A stretch of DNA of 64,000 bases from Eubacteriales bacterium (GCA_034180455.1 JAXFOG010000033.1:5140-69139), one strand, 5' to 3'. Shown: positions 35,911 to 47,232, counted from the first letter of the stretch. Notes: generated by a model not told the origin, from the letters alone. Numbers and translations are program-made.

Positions 35911-37253
35911 TTGATTTAACATTACCATATTTTCGGTATATAAAAGAAAACTATAGTGAAGATACATTTAATAAATATATAGAATGTATAACACAAGAAA
36001 ATTATAAATGTGCTAGAATAAACACATTAAAAAAAGATTGTTCAAATCAAATTTTTAATAGCAATAAAAAACTAACCATAGAGAATGCTTATTATATAGA
36101 TAATGAGATAAACTGGGGTAACTTAATATATCACGAACTTGGTGCTTTTTATATACAAGAACCAAGTGCGATGGCACCAGTAAAAGCATTAGATCCAACC
36201 TTTGATGCTAAAATTCTTGATTTATGTGCTGCTCCTGGAAGCAAATCCACACAAATTGCAGTAAATATGAAGAACTCAGGCTTACTCGTTTGTAATGAGA
36301 TAAATAGAGGGAGAGCGCAAATTCTATACGAAAATATAAAAAGACTAGGGATACAAAATTCCGTTGTGGTTAGTATGCATCCAAAACAATTAGAGAAATA
36401 TTTTAATGAATATTTTGATTTGATTTTAGTAGATGCTCCTTGTTCAGGTGAGGGAATGTTTAGAAAATATCCTGATACTATTCAGAATTGGACAATAGAA
36501 AATGTTAATGCATGTGCTTTAAGGCAATATGAAATTTTAAATAGCGCAATAAGAATGCTCAAACCTGGCGGTAATATAATTTATTCTACTTGCACTTTAA
36601 ATAAAATCGAGAATGAGCATAACATAGATAGACTTATTGAAAACAAAAACCTAATATATAAAGATTTCAAATTAAATGATATGTATAATTCAAAATATGG
36701 TATGCTTAAGCTCACCCCATTAAACTTTGAGGGTGAGGGTCAATTTATTGCAAAGATTCATAAAATAAACTCAATATGTTCCAATGAATGCAAGAAAAAG
36801 AGTAATGATAAACTAAGAAAACCAACGAAGATAGAGCTAGAGAAATTTACAGATTTTTGCAAAGATAATAATATTAAAAAATTTTATCCTAATTATGTAT
36901 ATAATGATATTTTAATGCAAATACCCGATATTGATATTAATATACTATCTAATATAAATGTTATTAATGCTGGATTAAGACTTGGAGAGATAAAATATAA
37001 TATGTTTGTTCCTGATTTTAGTTTTGCAAGAGGAATAAACAATTTAAAAGAAATAAAAAATATAGAATTAAACCTTGAACAAGCTATTAAGTATATTGAA
37101 GGGGAAAGCGTAGAAGCAAAAGATTGCAACTATGAGGGCTTTGTTTTACTTAGCTATGATGGATACTCAATAGCATGGGGGAAAATAAAAAATGGGATAA
37201 TAAAAAATCATTATCCCAAAAACATTAGAAAAAAATTATTTAATCATATTTAA
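35907..37253 (+). CDS. NOL1/NOP2/Sun-family rRNA m5C methyltransferase (RsmF-like)
   Basis: 448 aa. SAM motif DLCAAPGSKSTQ, catalytic DAPCSGEGMFRK and YSTCT. GTG start at 35907. Confidence 0.85.
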   Translation: MIDLTLPYFRYIKENYSEDTFNKYIECITQENYKCARINTLKKDCSNQIFNSNKKLTIENAYYIDNEINWGNLIYHELGAFYIQEPSAMAPVKALDPTFDAKILDLCAAPGSKSTQIAVNMKNSGLLVCNEINRGRAQILYENIKRLGIQNSVVVSMHPKQLEKYFNEYFDLILVDAPCSGEGMFRKYPDTIQNWTIENVNACALRQYEILNSAIRMLKPGGNIIYSTCTLNKIENEHNIDRLIENKNLIYKDFKLNDMYNSKYGMLKLTPLNFEGEGQFIAKIHKINSICSNECKKKSNDKLRKPTKIELEKFTDFCKDNNIKKFYPNYVYNDILMQIPDIDINILSNINVINAGLRLGEIKYNMFVPDFSFARGINNLKEIKNIELNLEQAIKYIEGESVEAKDCNYEGFVLLSYDGYSIAWGKIKNGIIKNHYPKNIRKKLFNHI

Positions 37254-39215
37254 TAAGTCTTCCTCAGAAATAATATTTACTCCTATTTTTTTTGCTTTCT
37301 CATATTTGCTGCCTGGATTGTCTCCTAGTAGCAAATAAGTAGTGTTTTTACTAACTGACGAAGAAACATTGCCACCATTTTCTTTGATGATATTTTCAGC
37401 TTCTTTTCTTGTTAAATTATTTAATGTACCTGTAAGTACAAATGTACTTCCTAAGAGGGTTTGAGTATTAGTTGCTTTCTCAATGTTGGTCACTTTTAAG
37501 CCAAGTTCCAACATTCTTTTTATCATATTTATGTTATCTTGCGAGGAAAAGAAATCCAATATACTATATGCAATCGCATCTCCAATTTCATCAATTGAAG
37601 TTAAATCATCGTAGCTAGCGTTTAATATAGCATCTAATGATTTAAATTTGTTTTGTAGATCTTTTGCTGTCTTCAAACCAACATTTAATATACCCAAAGC
37701 AAATATAAATCGATAAAGACTAGTATTTTTACTTTTTTCTATTTCATTTATTAAATTTTCAGACTTTTTTTCTTTGAATCCTTCTAAATTTAATAAATCA
37801 TTATAATTTAACTTATAAATATCATCTAAACCATGGATGAGACCATTGTCAAATAAAGCTTCTGCTGTTTTAATAGAAAGCCCCTCTATGTCCATTGCAT
37901 CTCTAGAACAAAAATGATTTATTTTTGCAATTACTTGAGGTTTACAATCTTTGCCTCCAGGGCAGTAAAGATGAGCACCATTAAAATATAGAATACTATT
38001 ACAATATGGACAATATACTGGTGGTAAGATTTCTTTTTCTTTTGTATAATCTATCTCATCGCTTACTCTTCCTAATATTTCTGGTATTACATCGTTACTT
38101 CTTCTAATCCACACATCGCATCCTAGGCTTAATTTTTTACGTTTGATATCAGAATAATTATTAAGAGTAGCTTTATTTATACTAACTCCTCCAATTTCAA
38201 CAGTTTCTAAATGTGCTAAAGGTGTCAATTTTCCCGTTCTGCCAACTTCCCAAGTGACATTTTTTAAACGGGTTATGTCTTCTTGCGCCTCGAACTTATA
38301 TGCAATTGCCCATTTTGGAAATTTTTCTGTATAGCCATAATATTCTCGTGTATCAATATCATTTATTTTGATAACAACTCCATCTATAAGAAAGTCAAGG
38401 CTAGTTCTTGCATTATCTATTTCGTTAATACAATCTACAATTTCATTAAAAGTTGTACATAATTTAATATATGGAGATGTATCAAATCCATTTTTTCTTA
38501 AGAAATCAATTAGCTCAATTTGACTAGAATATGGACGATTGTTAATTGTACCAATATTATAAAAGAATGCATCAAGATTTCTTTTTGCAGTTTCTTTTGG
38601 ATCAAGGTTTCTCAGTGCTCCTGCAGCGGCGTTTCTTGCATTCTTAAGTGGAATTAAATTTAACTTATTATATTCATGCAGTTTGGATAACTTCATGATG
38701 CACTCACCTTGAACCTCTAATATATCACTATAGCTTATATTAGTACTGATAGTTTTAATGGTTCTTGCCTGGGAATAAACTTGTTCACCAACTATTCCAT
38801 TCCCTCTCGTTGTTGCATACTGCAGTATTGAATTATTATATGTGAGATTTAATGTTAAGCCGTCTAATTTATATTCAACAGTAAATTTAAGATCGGGAAG
38901 CTTAGCATCTATTTTGTCATAAAAATTATGACATTTATTGTACCAATTCTTTAGTGCCTCAATAGATTGTACTTTATCCATACTATACAATCTATTTATA
39001 TGTTTATGTTCAGGCAGATATGAAAGAGTCGCACCTCCGACTTGTTTGGTGGGGGAGTTATCTAGAACAACACCAGTTGATTTCTCTAGTTCTTTTAGTT
39101 CATCATAAAGAGCATCCCATTTGGCATCGGAAATAGTGGGATTGTCCAGAACATAATACTGATAGTTGGCTTCATTTAAAAATGTAACCAACTCATGCAT
39201 TCTATCTTTATTCAT
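37236..39215 (-). CDS. ligA: NAD-dependent DNA ligase
   Basis: 659 aa. Adenylation motif EYKLDG, Zn finger CPYC...C..C, HhH repeats, C-terminal BRCT (FVLTGTL). Follows pcrA by 4 nt. Confidence 0.95.
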   Translation of the reverse strand: MNKDRMHELVTFLNEANYQYYVLDNPTISDAKWDALYDELKELEKSTGVVLDNSPTKQVGGATLSYLPEHKHINRLYSMDKVQSIEALKNWYNKCHNFYDKIDAKLPDLKFTVEYKLDGLTLNLTYNNSILQYATTRGNGIVGEQVYSQARTIKTISTNISYSDILEVQGECIMKLSKLHEYNKLNLIPLKNARNAAAGALRNLDPKETAKRNLDAFFYNIGTINNRPYSSQIELIDFLRKNGFDTSPYIKLCTTFNEIVDCINEIDNARTSLDFLIDGVVIKINDIDTREYYGYTEKFPKWAIAYKFEAQEDITRLKNVTWEVGRTGKLTPLAHLETVEIGGVSINKATLNNYSDIKRKKLSLGCDVWIRRSNDVIPEILGRVSDEIDYTKEKEILPPVYCPYCNSILYFNGAHLYCPGGKDCKPQVIAKINHFCSRDAMDIEGLSIKTAEALFDNGLIHGLDDIYKLNYNDLLNLEGFKEKKSENLINEIEKSKNTSLYRFIFALGILNVGLKTAKDLQNKFKSLDAILNASYDDLTSIDEIGDAIAYSILDFFSSQDNINMIKRMLELGLKVTNIEKATNTQTLLGSTFVLTGTLNNLTRKEAENIIKENGGNVSSSVSKNTTYLLLGDNPGSKYEKAKKIGVNIISEEDLLNMIK

Positions 39216-39219
39216 AAAT

Positions 39220-41493
39220 TTATATCTTTCTTAATGGTACGACAGCAAGTGAAAAAGTTTTTTTACCATATGCAGCAAATTCTACTACTATTCTTCCTTC
39301 TTTACCCTTTCCTTTTATTGAGACGATGTTGCCTTCTCCATATCGTAAATGATCTACTCGATCACCAGGCTTAAAATCTTGTATTATTTCTTTAGTGTTA
39401 ATATTGTTGACATGTGACGATTTTGAAATATATGGAGTATTGATTTGCATTTTCACATCTTTGGGCAAAATTATATTATCAGAGTTAAATCCAAATGATG
39501 TTGTTTTCTTTTGCTGTGCTATTTTAGCTTTATTCTGCTCTCTTTTTTTAATAATTGATTCAAATGTGTTTTCACGTCTTTCAATTAAACTCGTTTCCAA
39601 TAATTCTTCAGGAATTTCATCTAAGAACCTTGATGGTTTATTGTGAGAAATTTGATTATATATTGTTCTATTTTCAGCATTGGACAAGAATAGCTTTTTT
39701 CTTGCTCGAGTAATACCAACGTAACAAAGCCTACGCTCTTCTTCAAGCTGATCAGGATTCTGAACTGAACGATAACTCGGAAAAATATTTTCTTCCATGC
39801 CTATAATAAATACAGTATCAAACTCGAGTCCTTTTGCACTATGTAGCGTCATTAAAGTAATATCATCTTCTAAATTATCTGATTTATCTAGGTCTGTAAC
39901 AAGGGATACATTTTCTAAATATGATTCTAATGTTGCATTTTCACTATCTTCTTCAAACTCTTTAATTGCTCCTAACAACTCTTTAATGTTTTCTACTCTC
40001 ATTCTGGCATCCTCAGATAAATCATTATCATATTGAGTTATTAGGCCAACTTTATCAACTACATGTTCAGCAAACTCACTTAAGTTCATAGTTTTACATG
40101 ATTCTTGAAGATCGTCTATTAGCGTGGCAAAAGCTTTAACGCACTTCTGTGGTCTTGATGATAATGTGTCAGGTATATTAAAAAGTGTATCATAGATTGA
40201 AATATTGTTTTTATTGGCATGTTTTACAAGCTCATCAACTGTGGATGTTCCAATTGATCGTTTAGGAAGATTTATAATTCTTTTTAATGAAATATCATCG
40301 GATGGATTAGCAAATAGGCGTAGATATGCAAGTACATCTTTTACTTCTTTTCTATCATAGAAGCGCTTTGCTCCATAAATTCTATAAGCTATTCCTGCAC
40401 GAATAAACATTTCTTCAAGAACACGGCTTTGAGCGTTTGTTCTATATAGTATGGCGATTGAACGGGAATTATTATATTTGTTTCTCAAGATATTTATTCT
40501 ATCGCAAACCCAGGCAGCTTCTCCTCTTTCATCAATCGCAGTATATACTGTAATTAGATCTCCGCCATCTTTACTTGTCCATAGTTCTTTTTCTTTTCTA
40601 TTTTCATTGTTTGCAATAACAGAGTTTGCAGCTTTTAGAATAATAGATGTTGACCTATAGTTTTCTTCAAGTTTAACAACTTTGGCGTTACTAAAGTCTT
40701 TTTCAAAATTAAGTATATTGTTTATATCTGCACCACGCCAACCATAAATGCTTTGATCGTCATCGCCGACGACACAAATGTTTTTAGATTTCGCAGATAA
40801 TAACTTTACAATAACATATTGTGCATAGTTTGTATCTTGATATTCATCAACATGTACATAAGAAAACTGATCCTGATAGTATTTAAGAGTTTCAGGATAG
40901 TTCTTGAATAATTCTATAGTAAGCTTTAACAAATCGTTAAAATCTAATGCATTACTCTTTTTCAGCCTTTGATCATATGTGTAATATATATCATGCGCTT
41001 TATCTGACCAAAGATCTCTTTCACTTTGACTGAACCAATCATCGGGATTCAGCAGTCGGTTTTTTGCATCTACTATAACACTATGCATGCTTTTAGCTGT
41101 GTATATCGAATCATCTAATTCTTTTTCTTTAATAATGGATTTGATTAAAGAAAGCTGATCATCATCGTCATATATAGTAAAAGAACTTTTATAACCAAGC
41201 TTATCAATAAATTTTCTCAAAACTCTAACGCAGAATGAATGAAATGTATATACCCATACCTGATCTTGCGAATTTGTTAATGTATTAATACGATCTTTCA
41301 TTTCTCTAGCAGCTTTGTTCGTAAATGTAAGCGCAAGAATTTTGTATGGCTTTACACCAAGATTAATTAAGTTTGCAATTCTATAAGTTATTGCTCTAGT
41401 TTTCCCACTACCAGCACCAGCTAAAACAAGTAGTGGACCATCTATAGTCTCTGCAATAATTCTTTGTTCTTTATTTAATTCCTCTAATAGCAT
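39220..41493 (-). CDS. pcrA: ATP-dependent DNA helicase PcrA (UvrD family)
   Basis: 757 aa. LNKEQ...GPLLVLAGAGSGKTRAITYRIA, VDEYQDTN, TLHSAKGLEF, YVGITRA. Conserved pcrA-ligA operon. Confidence 0.95.
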   Translation of the reverse strand: MLLEELNKEQRIIAETIDGPLLVLAGAGSGKTRAITYRIANLINLGVKPYKILALTFTNKAAREMKDRINTLTNSQDQVWVYTFHSFCVRVLRKFIDKLGYKSSFTIYDDDDQLSLIKSIIKEKELDDSIYTAKSMHSVIVDAKNRLLNPDDWFSQSERDLWSDKAHDIYYTYDQRLKKSNALDFNDLLKLTIELFKNYPETLKYYQDQFSYVHVDEYQDTNYAQYVIVKLLSAKSKNICVVGDDDQSIYGWRGADINNILNFEKDFSNAKVVKLEENYRSTSIILKAANSVIANNENRKEKELWTSKDGGDLITVYTAIDERGEAAWVCDRINILRNKYNNSRSIAILYRTNAQSRVLEEMFIRAGIAYRIYGAKRFYDRKEVKDVLAYLRLFANPSDDISLKRIINLPKRSIGTSTVDELVKHANKNNISIYDTLFNIPDTLSSRPQKCVKAFATLIDDLQESCKTMNLSEFAEHVVDKVGLITQYDNDLSEDARMRVENIKELLGAIKEFEEDSENATLESYLENVSLVTDLDKSDNLEDDITLMTLHSAKGLEFDTVFIIGMEENIFPSYRSVQNPDQLEEERRLCYVGITRARKKLFLSNAENRTIYNQISHNKPSRFLDEIPEELLETSLIERRENTFESIIKKREQNKAKIAQQKKTTSFGFNSDNIILPKDVKMQINTPYISKSSHVNNINTKEIIQDFKPGDRVDHLRYGEGNIVSIKGKGKEGRIVVEFAAYGKKTFSLAVVPLRKI

Positions 41494-41608
41494 ATATTTT
41501 CCCCAATCAAATTTCTATTATAATTATAACATTTTCGACGAGATTTAGCAAAAGTAGTAAAAGACATTGCAGATATGTTATAATAATATTATTAAGGAGA
41601 TTTAATAT

Positions 41609-44371
41609 ATGTCAAATACAGAAAATAATCAAAATGAATATTTACAAGAGAAAGAATCTTTTGATGATTTTGAAAATTCTCATATAAATAATAATAAAAA
41701 AAGAAGTCTTTTTAAACCAAGATTAAAAAAAACAAGTTTTTTAATTTCAGTTTTAATTAATACCTTTCGCGTTATTATAGTTTCTATTATATGTATTGCA
41801 ATCGCCATTGTTGGGGTCGTATTTGGAATAGGAAGGGCATATGTAGATACTTCACCAGAACTAGATCTAAATTTAATAGACGATCAGGCAAAGACGACTT
41901 TTATATATGATTCAAACGGAAATTTAATAACTGATTTCAAAGGGTTAGAGAATCGTGTAATGGTTGGTATCAATTATGTGCCAAAGCATTTACAAGATGC
42001 TTTTGTTGCAGCTGAAGATATTAGATTCTACAAGCATAATGGTATTGATGCACAAAGGATAGTTGGTGCTTTTATTAATAATATCTTTAATAATTCTGTT
42101 CAAGGAGGTTCAACAATTACACAACAGCTTATAAAAAACACCCTTCTTAGTAATGAAATGAGTTATAAAAGAAAAATTCAGGAAGCATATCTTGCAATGC
42201 AACTTGAACAAAAATACACAAAAGATCAGATTATGGAAGCATATCTTAATACCATATATTTAGGGGAAAACTATTATGGAGTTAAAGTTGCTGCGAACGG
42301 ATATTTTAATAAAGAATTACACCAGCTTTCCCTTAGAGAATGTGCAATGTTGGCTGGTATTACAAGCAATCCTTATTATTTCAATCCACAAAGGAATTTC
42401 TATACAAGAAAAGCTGATAATATAGATTATGTTGCTATTACAAATAATAGAACCAACTATGTTTTAAGGCAAATGTATGATAACAATTTTATTACAAAAG
42501 AAGAGTATAGTGATGCCCTTAATCCTATTACTGCAAATGTTGTTGAAAAAAGTCCAACTCTAAAAATGTACAAATATCCTCATTACATAGAGTATGCCAT
42601 AAACGAGGCTATTGATGATTTATTAAAAATTAAAGGCCTTGATAACAATAATGAAAACAGGTCAAAAATAGAAAATGAGATAGCAACTGGAGGCTACCAC
42701 ATTCGACTCGCAATAGATACAGAAATTCAGGAAATTGTAGAAGATACGCTTGAAAACTGGAACAATTATCCTTCATTGGCAAATAAGAATGATTCAATTC
42801 TGAGAACAAAAAATAGCGATGGAACATTCAATGAAGTTATACAGCCACAGGCTGCAGCTGCAGTTTTAGATTATAGAACTGGCGAACTAAAAGCAATTGT
42901 TGGATCTAGAACACTACCAACTCAAAGAAAAACATTAAATAGAGCAAGCAATATGAATATGCCTGTTGGTTCAGCAATAAAACCAATTGCAGTTTTTGGA
43001 CCGGCTATTGATATGGGTGCTAATCCTGCTAGTACAGTATTTAATATGCCATTACCGATAGAAGGCTGGAAGAATGAAAAGTTGCAAGATACATGGCCAA
43101 AGAACTATGGTGGAGGAAGCTATAACGGTTGTGAAACTATGAGAGAAGCCATGGTTAAAAGCCATAACACAGGTACAGCAAGCGCATTTTCTTTGTATGT
43201 TGGTGTTGAAAATAGCATTAATTATTTAAAGAAGCTTGGTGTAAGTGAAAAAAACATAAACCCAACACCGTTTGGACTTGCTCTAGGTAGTAGTGGTATT
43301 ACTCCTATACAGATGAGCGCGGCTTATGGAGTTTTTGGAAATGCTGGAATATATCAAAAACCAATATCAATACTTGGTATTTCTGATTCAAAAGGCAATG
43401 TTATATTTGATGCCCATAAAGAACAAGAGTCTTGGCAAGCAGTAAAGCCAAGCACGGCTTGGATGATGATAGATATGCTTAAAGATGTTGTTAAATCAGG
43501 TACTGGCAGAAATACAGCAATAAAAGGTCAAGTTGTTGCTGGTAAGACAGGAACAAATAGTGAACATAGGGGAGTAACGTATACAGGATTAACGGGATGG
43601 TATTGCTCTTCAATATGGGTTGGACACGATAATTATAAGCCACTATCATCTAAAGCAACTGGAGGAGGTTCTGCAGGTGCTATTTGGAAATCTTATATGT
43701 CAAAAATTCATGAGAAAAAAGCATTGGATAAAAGAGAAATTTTACAAGGCGAGGCAAAGGATTATAATGTAAGTAAAGTGTCAATATGTTCTGTAAGTGG
43801 ACAGCTTGCTACAGAAGCCTGTTATTATGACTATATGGGTAATAGAGTAATAAATGATTATTGTGCTAATGATGCCCTTCCACAGAATAGCTGTCAAATG
43901 CATAGAAATATTACTGTTTGTGCAGATTCAAATATGCCAGTTGGTCCAAATTGTCCTCAAGAAAAATATCTAGAAAAAAGTGCAGTTATTATTCCTCAAG
44001 GACATCCTTTACACAAATTCGCGGGTACACAATATGAAAATGTTATAAGACAGTATCTTGGAGAGGCTGTTATTTTTGCAGGTTTTGACTATGATTTATC
44101 AGACGATTCAATTTGCAATGTACACGGCGTAGGAGTTGAAGAAAATCATGGACAAAATATTCAAAATGATAAACTAATACAAGATGCAAATAATTTAATA
44201 AACATTGCAAACACTATTATCAATAACCCAGAAAACCATGATGTAAATAGCATAAACAATTTAATTATAGCAGTAAGCACATTACAAAACTCCATCAATA
44301 ACAATGAAGGTTCTGAAACGATTTATAATAATATGATTAGTTTAACGGAAGCACTAGCCGCAATTAATTAA
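41609..44371 (+). CDS. Class A penicillin-binding protein (glycosyltransferase GT51 plus transpeptidase) with Cys-rich C-terminal extension
   Basis: 920 aa. GT51 motifs (AAEDIRFYKHNGID; GGSTITQQL), transpeptidase SAIKP, SHN, KTGT. About 190 extra C-terminal residues contain 7 Cys. Confidence 0.9.
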   Translation: MSNTENNQNEYLQEKESFDDFENSHINNNKKRSLFKPRLKKTSFLISVLINTFRVIIVSIICIAIAIVGVVFGIGRAYVDTSPELDLNLIDDQAKTTFIYDSNGNLITDFKGLENRVMVGINYVPKHLQDAFVAAEDIRFYKHNGIDAQRIVGAFINNIFNNSVQGGSTITQQLIKNTLLSNEMSYKRKIQEAYLAMQLEQKYTKDQIMEAYLNTIYLGENYYGVKVAANGYFNKELHQLSLRECAMLAGITSNPYYFNPQRNFYTRKADNIDYVAITNNRTNYVLRQMYDNNFITKEEYSDALNPITANVVEKSPTLKMYKYPHYIEYAINEAIDDLLKIKGLDNNNENRSKIENEIATGGYHIRLAIDTEIQEIVEDTLENWNNYPSLANKNDSILRTKNSDGTFNEVIQPQAAAAVLDYRTGELKAIVGSRTLPTQRKTLNRASNMNMPVGSAIKPIAVFGPAIDMGANPASTVFNMPLPIEGWKNEKLQDTWPKNYGGGSYNGCETMREAMVKSHNTGTASAFSLYVGVENSINYLKKLGVSEKNINPTPFGLALGSSGITPIQMSAAYGVFGNAGIYQKPISILGISDSKGNVIFDAHKEQESWQAVKPSTAWMMIDMLKDVVKSGTGRNTAIKGQVVAGKTGTNSEHRGVTYTGLTGWYCSSIWVGHDNYKPLSSKATGGGSAGAIWKSYMSKIHEKKALDKREILQGEAKDYNVSKVSICSVSGQLATEACYYDYMGNRVINDYCANDALPQNSCQMHRNITVCADSNMPVGPNCPQEKYLEKSAVIIPQGHPLHKFAGTQYENVIRQYLGEAVIFAGFDYDLSDDSICNVHGVGVEENHGQNIQNDKLIQDANNLINIANTIINNPENHDVNSINNLIIAVSTLQNSINNNEGSETIYNNMISLTEALAAIN

Positions 44372-44448
44372 TTTGATAAAATAAAAAGGTTTAAAATTTG
44401 TGCTAACTGTGTATAATATATATGTAAATAAAATAATTGGAGGTTATT

Positions 44449-45000
44449 ATGGATTTAAAAGGTACTAGAACTGAAAAAAATTTACAAGAAGCTTTTGCTG
44501 GCGAGAGTATGGCAAGAAACAAGTACACCTATTTTTCTGGTGCTGCTAAAAAAGAAGGATATGAGCAAATTTCTGGAATATTTGCTGAAACAGCTCAAAA
44601 CGAAGCAGAACATGCTAAAATGTGGTTTAGAGCACTTGGTGGACTTTGCGAAGGAAAAACACCTGGAGATACAAGGAAAAACTTGTTAGCAGCTGCTGAA
44701 GGTGAGCACTATGAGTGGACAGAGATGTACAAAGAATTCGAGCGTGTAGCAAGAGAAGAAGGCTTTGATAAGATCGCAGATTCTTTCCATGAAGTTGCTG
44801 AAATAGAAGCAGAGCATGAAAAAAGATATCGCAAGTTAGTTGAGAATCTTGAAAAAGAAATTGTTTTCAAGAGAGATGTTGTTGTACGTTGGAAATGCAG
44901 AAATTGTGGTTATATACATGAAGGTTATGAAGCTCCACTTGTATGCCCAGCTTGCAAACATCCACGTTCATATTTTGAAATTGCCGACGAAAATTATTAA
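44449..45000 (+). CDS. rbr: Rubrerythrin
   Basis: 183 aa from ATG 44449 (GGAGG SD). Diiron four-helix motifs (ESMARNKY...EAEHAKMW...EGEHYEW...EAEHEKRY) plus a C-terminal rubredoxin-like CRNCG...CPAC. Confidence 0.95.
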   Translation: MDLKGTRTEKNLQEAFAGESMARNKYTYFSGAAKKEGYEQISGIFAETAQNEAEHAKMWFRALGGLCEGKTPGDTRKNLLAAAEGEHYEWTEMYKEFERVAREEGFDKIADSFHEVAEIEAEHEKRYRKLVENLEKEIVFKRDVVVRWKCRNCGYIHEGYEAPLVCPACKHPRSYFEIADENY

Positions 45001-45014
45001 TTTTTATTAGGAAT

Positions 45015-45049
45015 AAAAAAGGTAGTTGAAAATTCATCTACCTTTTTTG
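45015..45049. terminator. Bidirectional intrinsic terminator (rbr / recD2)
   Basis: AAAAAAGGTAG...CTACCTTTTTT hairpin flanked by A and T runs. Confidence 0.7.
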
Positions 45050-45063
45050 TTTTAAAAATATAT

Positions 45064-47229
45064 TTATAGGTTGCTAATTATTTCTTTAAGTAGTGTGTAT
45101 CTTTTTGCAATATAATTATTGTTTATCATATTGTTTAATACATTTTGTGATCCTACCAAAACCACCATGTCTTTTGCTCTGGTTATTGCAGTGTATAAGA
45201 GATTTCTTGTAAGTAGCAATTTGCTTCCTGGTACTATAGGAATAATTACAATAGGAAACTCAGAGCCTTGGCTTTTATGTACTGTAAGGCAATATGCAAG
45301 TGAAATATTATCTATATTAAGACTTGTATATTTAACGATTTTTCCATCTTCAAATCTTACAATTAACTCTTTATCTATAATTTCAATTATTCTTCCTAAT
45401 TCTCCATTAAATATTCCTTTTTCGGTAATTTCACTGTTTTCATACTTATATTCTATCTCATAGTCATTTTTTATTTGAATTATTTTATCACCCACATAGT
45501 ATGACTGTCCAGCAAAAACAAATTCATCATCATGATCATCACTTTTATATAAATTCTGTATTAATTTATTTAATTCTATTGTTCCACATTCAGCTTTTTT
45601 TGTAGGAGATAATATCTGAATTCTTGAGTATATTTGTTCTATGTTGTGCTCATCAATATTTAAGTATTTTGGGAGTCTTTTTGTAAATAAATCAATTATT
45701 ATATCCCTGGATTGTTTTGCGCTAGATGTCTCTATAAAAAAGAAATCTTTACTACTGTTATCTAATATTGGCATTTTCCCATTTTTTATACGTGAAGAAT
45801 TTTCTATAATCAAGCTTTTGTTTTTCTGCCTATATACTTTTTTTAATTGTACATAGGGAATTAACTCACTTCTTATAAGGTCCTTTAAAAGATTACCAGG
45901 TCCAACACTAGGAAGTTGATACTCATCTCCAATAAGAATAATTCTGCAATTTGAAGGCAATGCTCGCAATAAAGAGCAAAACAAAACTTCATCTACCATT
46001 GACATTTCATCTACAATGATTAAATCGCATTCTAGTTTGTTATCTTCATTCTTGTTAAATAAATTATCACCAAAACCATATTCCAAAAGCTTATGAATTG
46101 TAAAAGCTTCTATGCCCGCACTTTCACTAATCCTCTTAGCAGCTCTTCCTGTTGGGGCACATAGCGCTATTTTTTTTCCATAATTTAATTTTAAAATATG
46201 ATTTATTATAGTTGTTTTTCCTGTACCTGGTCCACCTGTTATTATAGTAATTGGATTATTAAATGTAGCGTTTATGGCTTCGATTTGCCTTTTATCCAAA
46301 CTATCATAAAATTTAATATCCACATCAGAATAACCTTCAACTGTTTGTATAGATTTTAATCTTGTTAGATATACAGCAATTTCTTTTTCTAAATTGTAAA
46401 AATAAGGAGTAGATATCATTAATAGATCAGCTGTTTGAGTTTTTTTTAAGGATACAGAATAAAGCATATTATCAATTATATCGTTAATAATAACTTCATC
46501 TATATCTAGAATATGCTTAATTTCATGTATTAGATCATCCTTAGGATAACATGTGTGCCCTAAACTATTTGATAGATCATTTAAATAGTACTTAACTGCT
46601 GATTTTATTCTAAATTCGCTACTTTTACTAAATCCCATTTTAATTGCTATTTTATCAGCAGTAGTAAAGCCTATACCATCAATATCATCAATAAGAATAT
46701 AAGGGTTTTGACTTATATATTTTGTTGCATCTTTTCCATAATAATTTGCAATTTTTAATGATTCTTTCGGAGTAAACCCTATTTTTTGAAGTTCAAATAT
46801 AGTTTGACGATCGCCTACGATTTCATTGTAACTTTTTATAATAATTTCAGCTTTTTTATCGCCAATTCCTTTAACTTCGGTTAATCTATATGGTGCGTTA
46901 GAAAATATTTCTAATGTGTTATCACCAAAATATTCAACAATTTGTTTCGCAGTATTTAGTCCAATACCTTTAATAACACCTGAAGATAGAAAGTTTATTA
47001 CATCATTTTTTTCGCTAATTTCACAAATGTTGTAATCATCTGCACTAAACTGATAGCCATAATTATTTCTAACATATTGACCAATGAATTCTACTTCTTC
47101 TCCAATAACAAATTCTGGAAAATATCCAATAACATTGATAAATTCATCGTTGGATACAACATTTAATACAGTGAAAAAGTTCTCTTCATTTCTATATATA
47201 ATTTTTTCAATTTTAGCAGTAATTGTCAT
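45064..47229 (-). CDS. recD2: RecD2-type SF1 5'-3' DNA helicase
   Basis: 721 aa. HhH region, Walker A GGPGTGKTT, DEMSMVD, LIGDEYQLPSVGPG, a C-terminal SH3-like segment, and TVHKSQGSEF. Confidence 0.9.
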   Translation of the reverse strand: MTITAKIEKIIYRNEENFFTVLNVVSNDEFINVIGYFPEFVIGEEVEFIGQYVRNNYGYQFSADDYNICEISEKNDVINFLSSGVIKGIGLNTAKQIVEYFGDNTLEIFSNAPYRLTEVKGIGDKKAEIIIKSYNEIVGDRQTIFELQKIGFTPKESLKIANYYGKDATKYISQNPYILIDDIDGIGFTTADKIAIKMGFSKSSEFRIKSAVKYYLNDLSNSLGHTCYPKDDLIHEIKHILDIDEVIINDIIDNMLYSVSLKKTQTADLLMISTPYFYNLEKEIAVYLTRLKSIQTVEGYSDVDIKFYDSLDKRQIEAINATFNNPITIITGGPGTGKTTIINHILKLNYGKKIALCAPTGRAAKRISESAGIEAFTIHKLLEYGFGDNLFNKNEDNKLECDLIIVDEMSMVDEVLFCSLLRALPSNCRIILIGDEYQLPSVGPGNLLKDLIRSELIPYVQLKKVYRQKNKSLIIENSSRIKNGKMPILDNSSKDFFFIETSSAKQSRDIIIDLFTKRLPKYLNIDEHNIEQIYSRIQILSPTKKAECGTIELNKLIQNLYKSDDHDDEFVFAGQSYYVGDKIIQIKNDYEIEYKYENSEITEKGIFNGELGRIIEIIDKELIVRFEDGKIVKYTSLNIDNISLAYCLTVHKSQGSEFPIVIIPIVPGSKLLLTRNLLYTAITRAKDMVVLVGSQNVLNNMINNNYIAKRYTLLKEIISNL

Positions 47230-47232
47230 TAA

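Noticed and set aside
44403-44430. dif-like sequence (ATATGTAAATA resembles the XerD arm TTATGTAAACT of Bacillus dif) upstream of rbr
   Set aside because: Only about 8 of 11 positions match in one arm, and there is no credible XerC arm. It overlaps a likely TATAAT promoter element, so such matches are expected by chance in AT-rich DNA.
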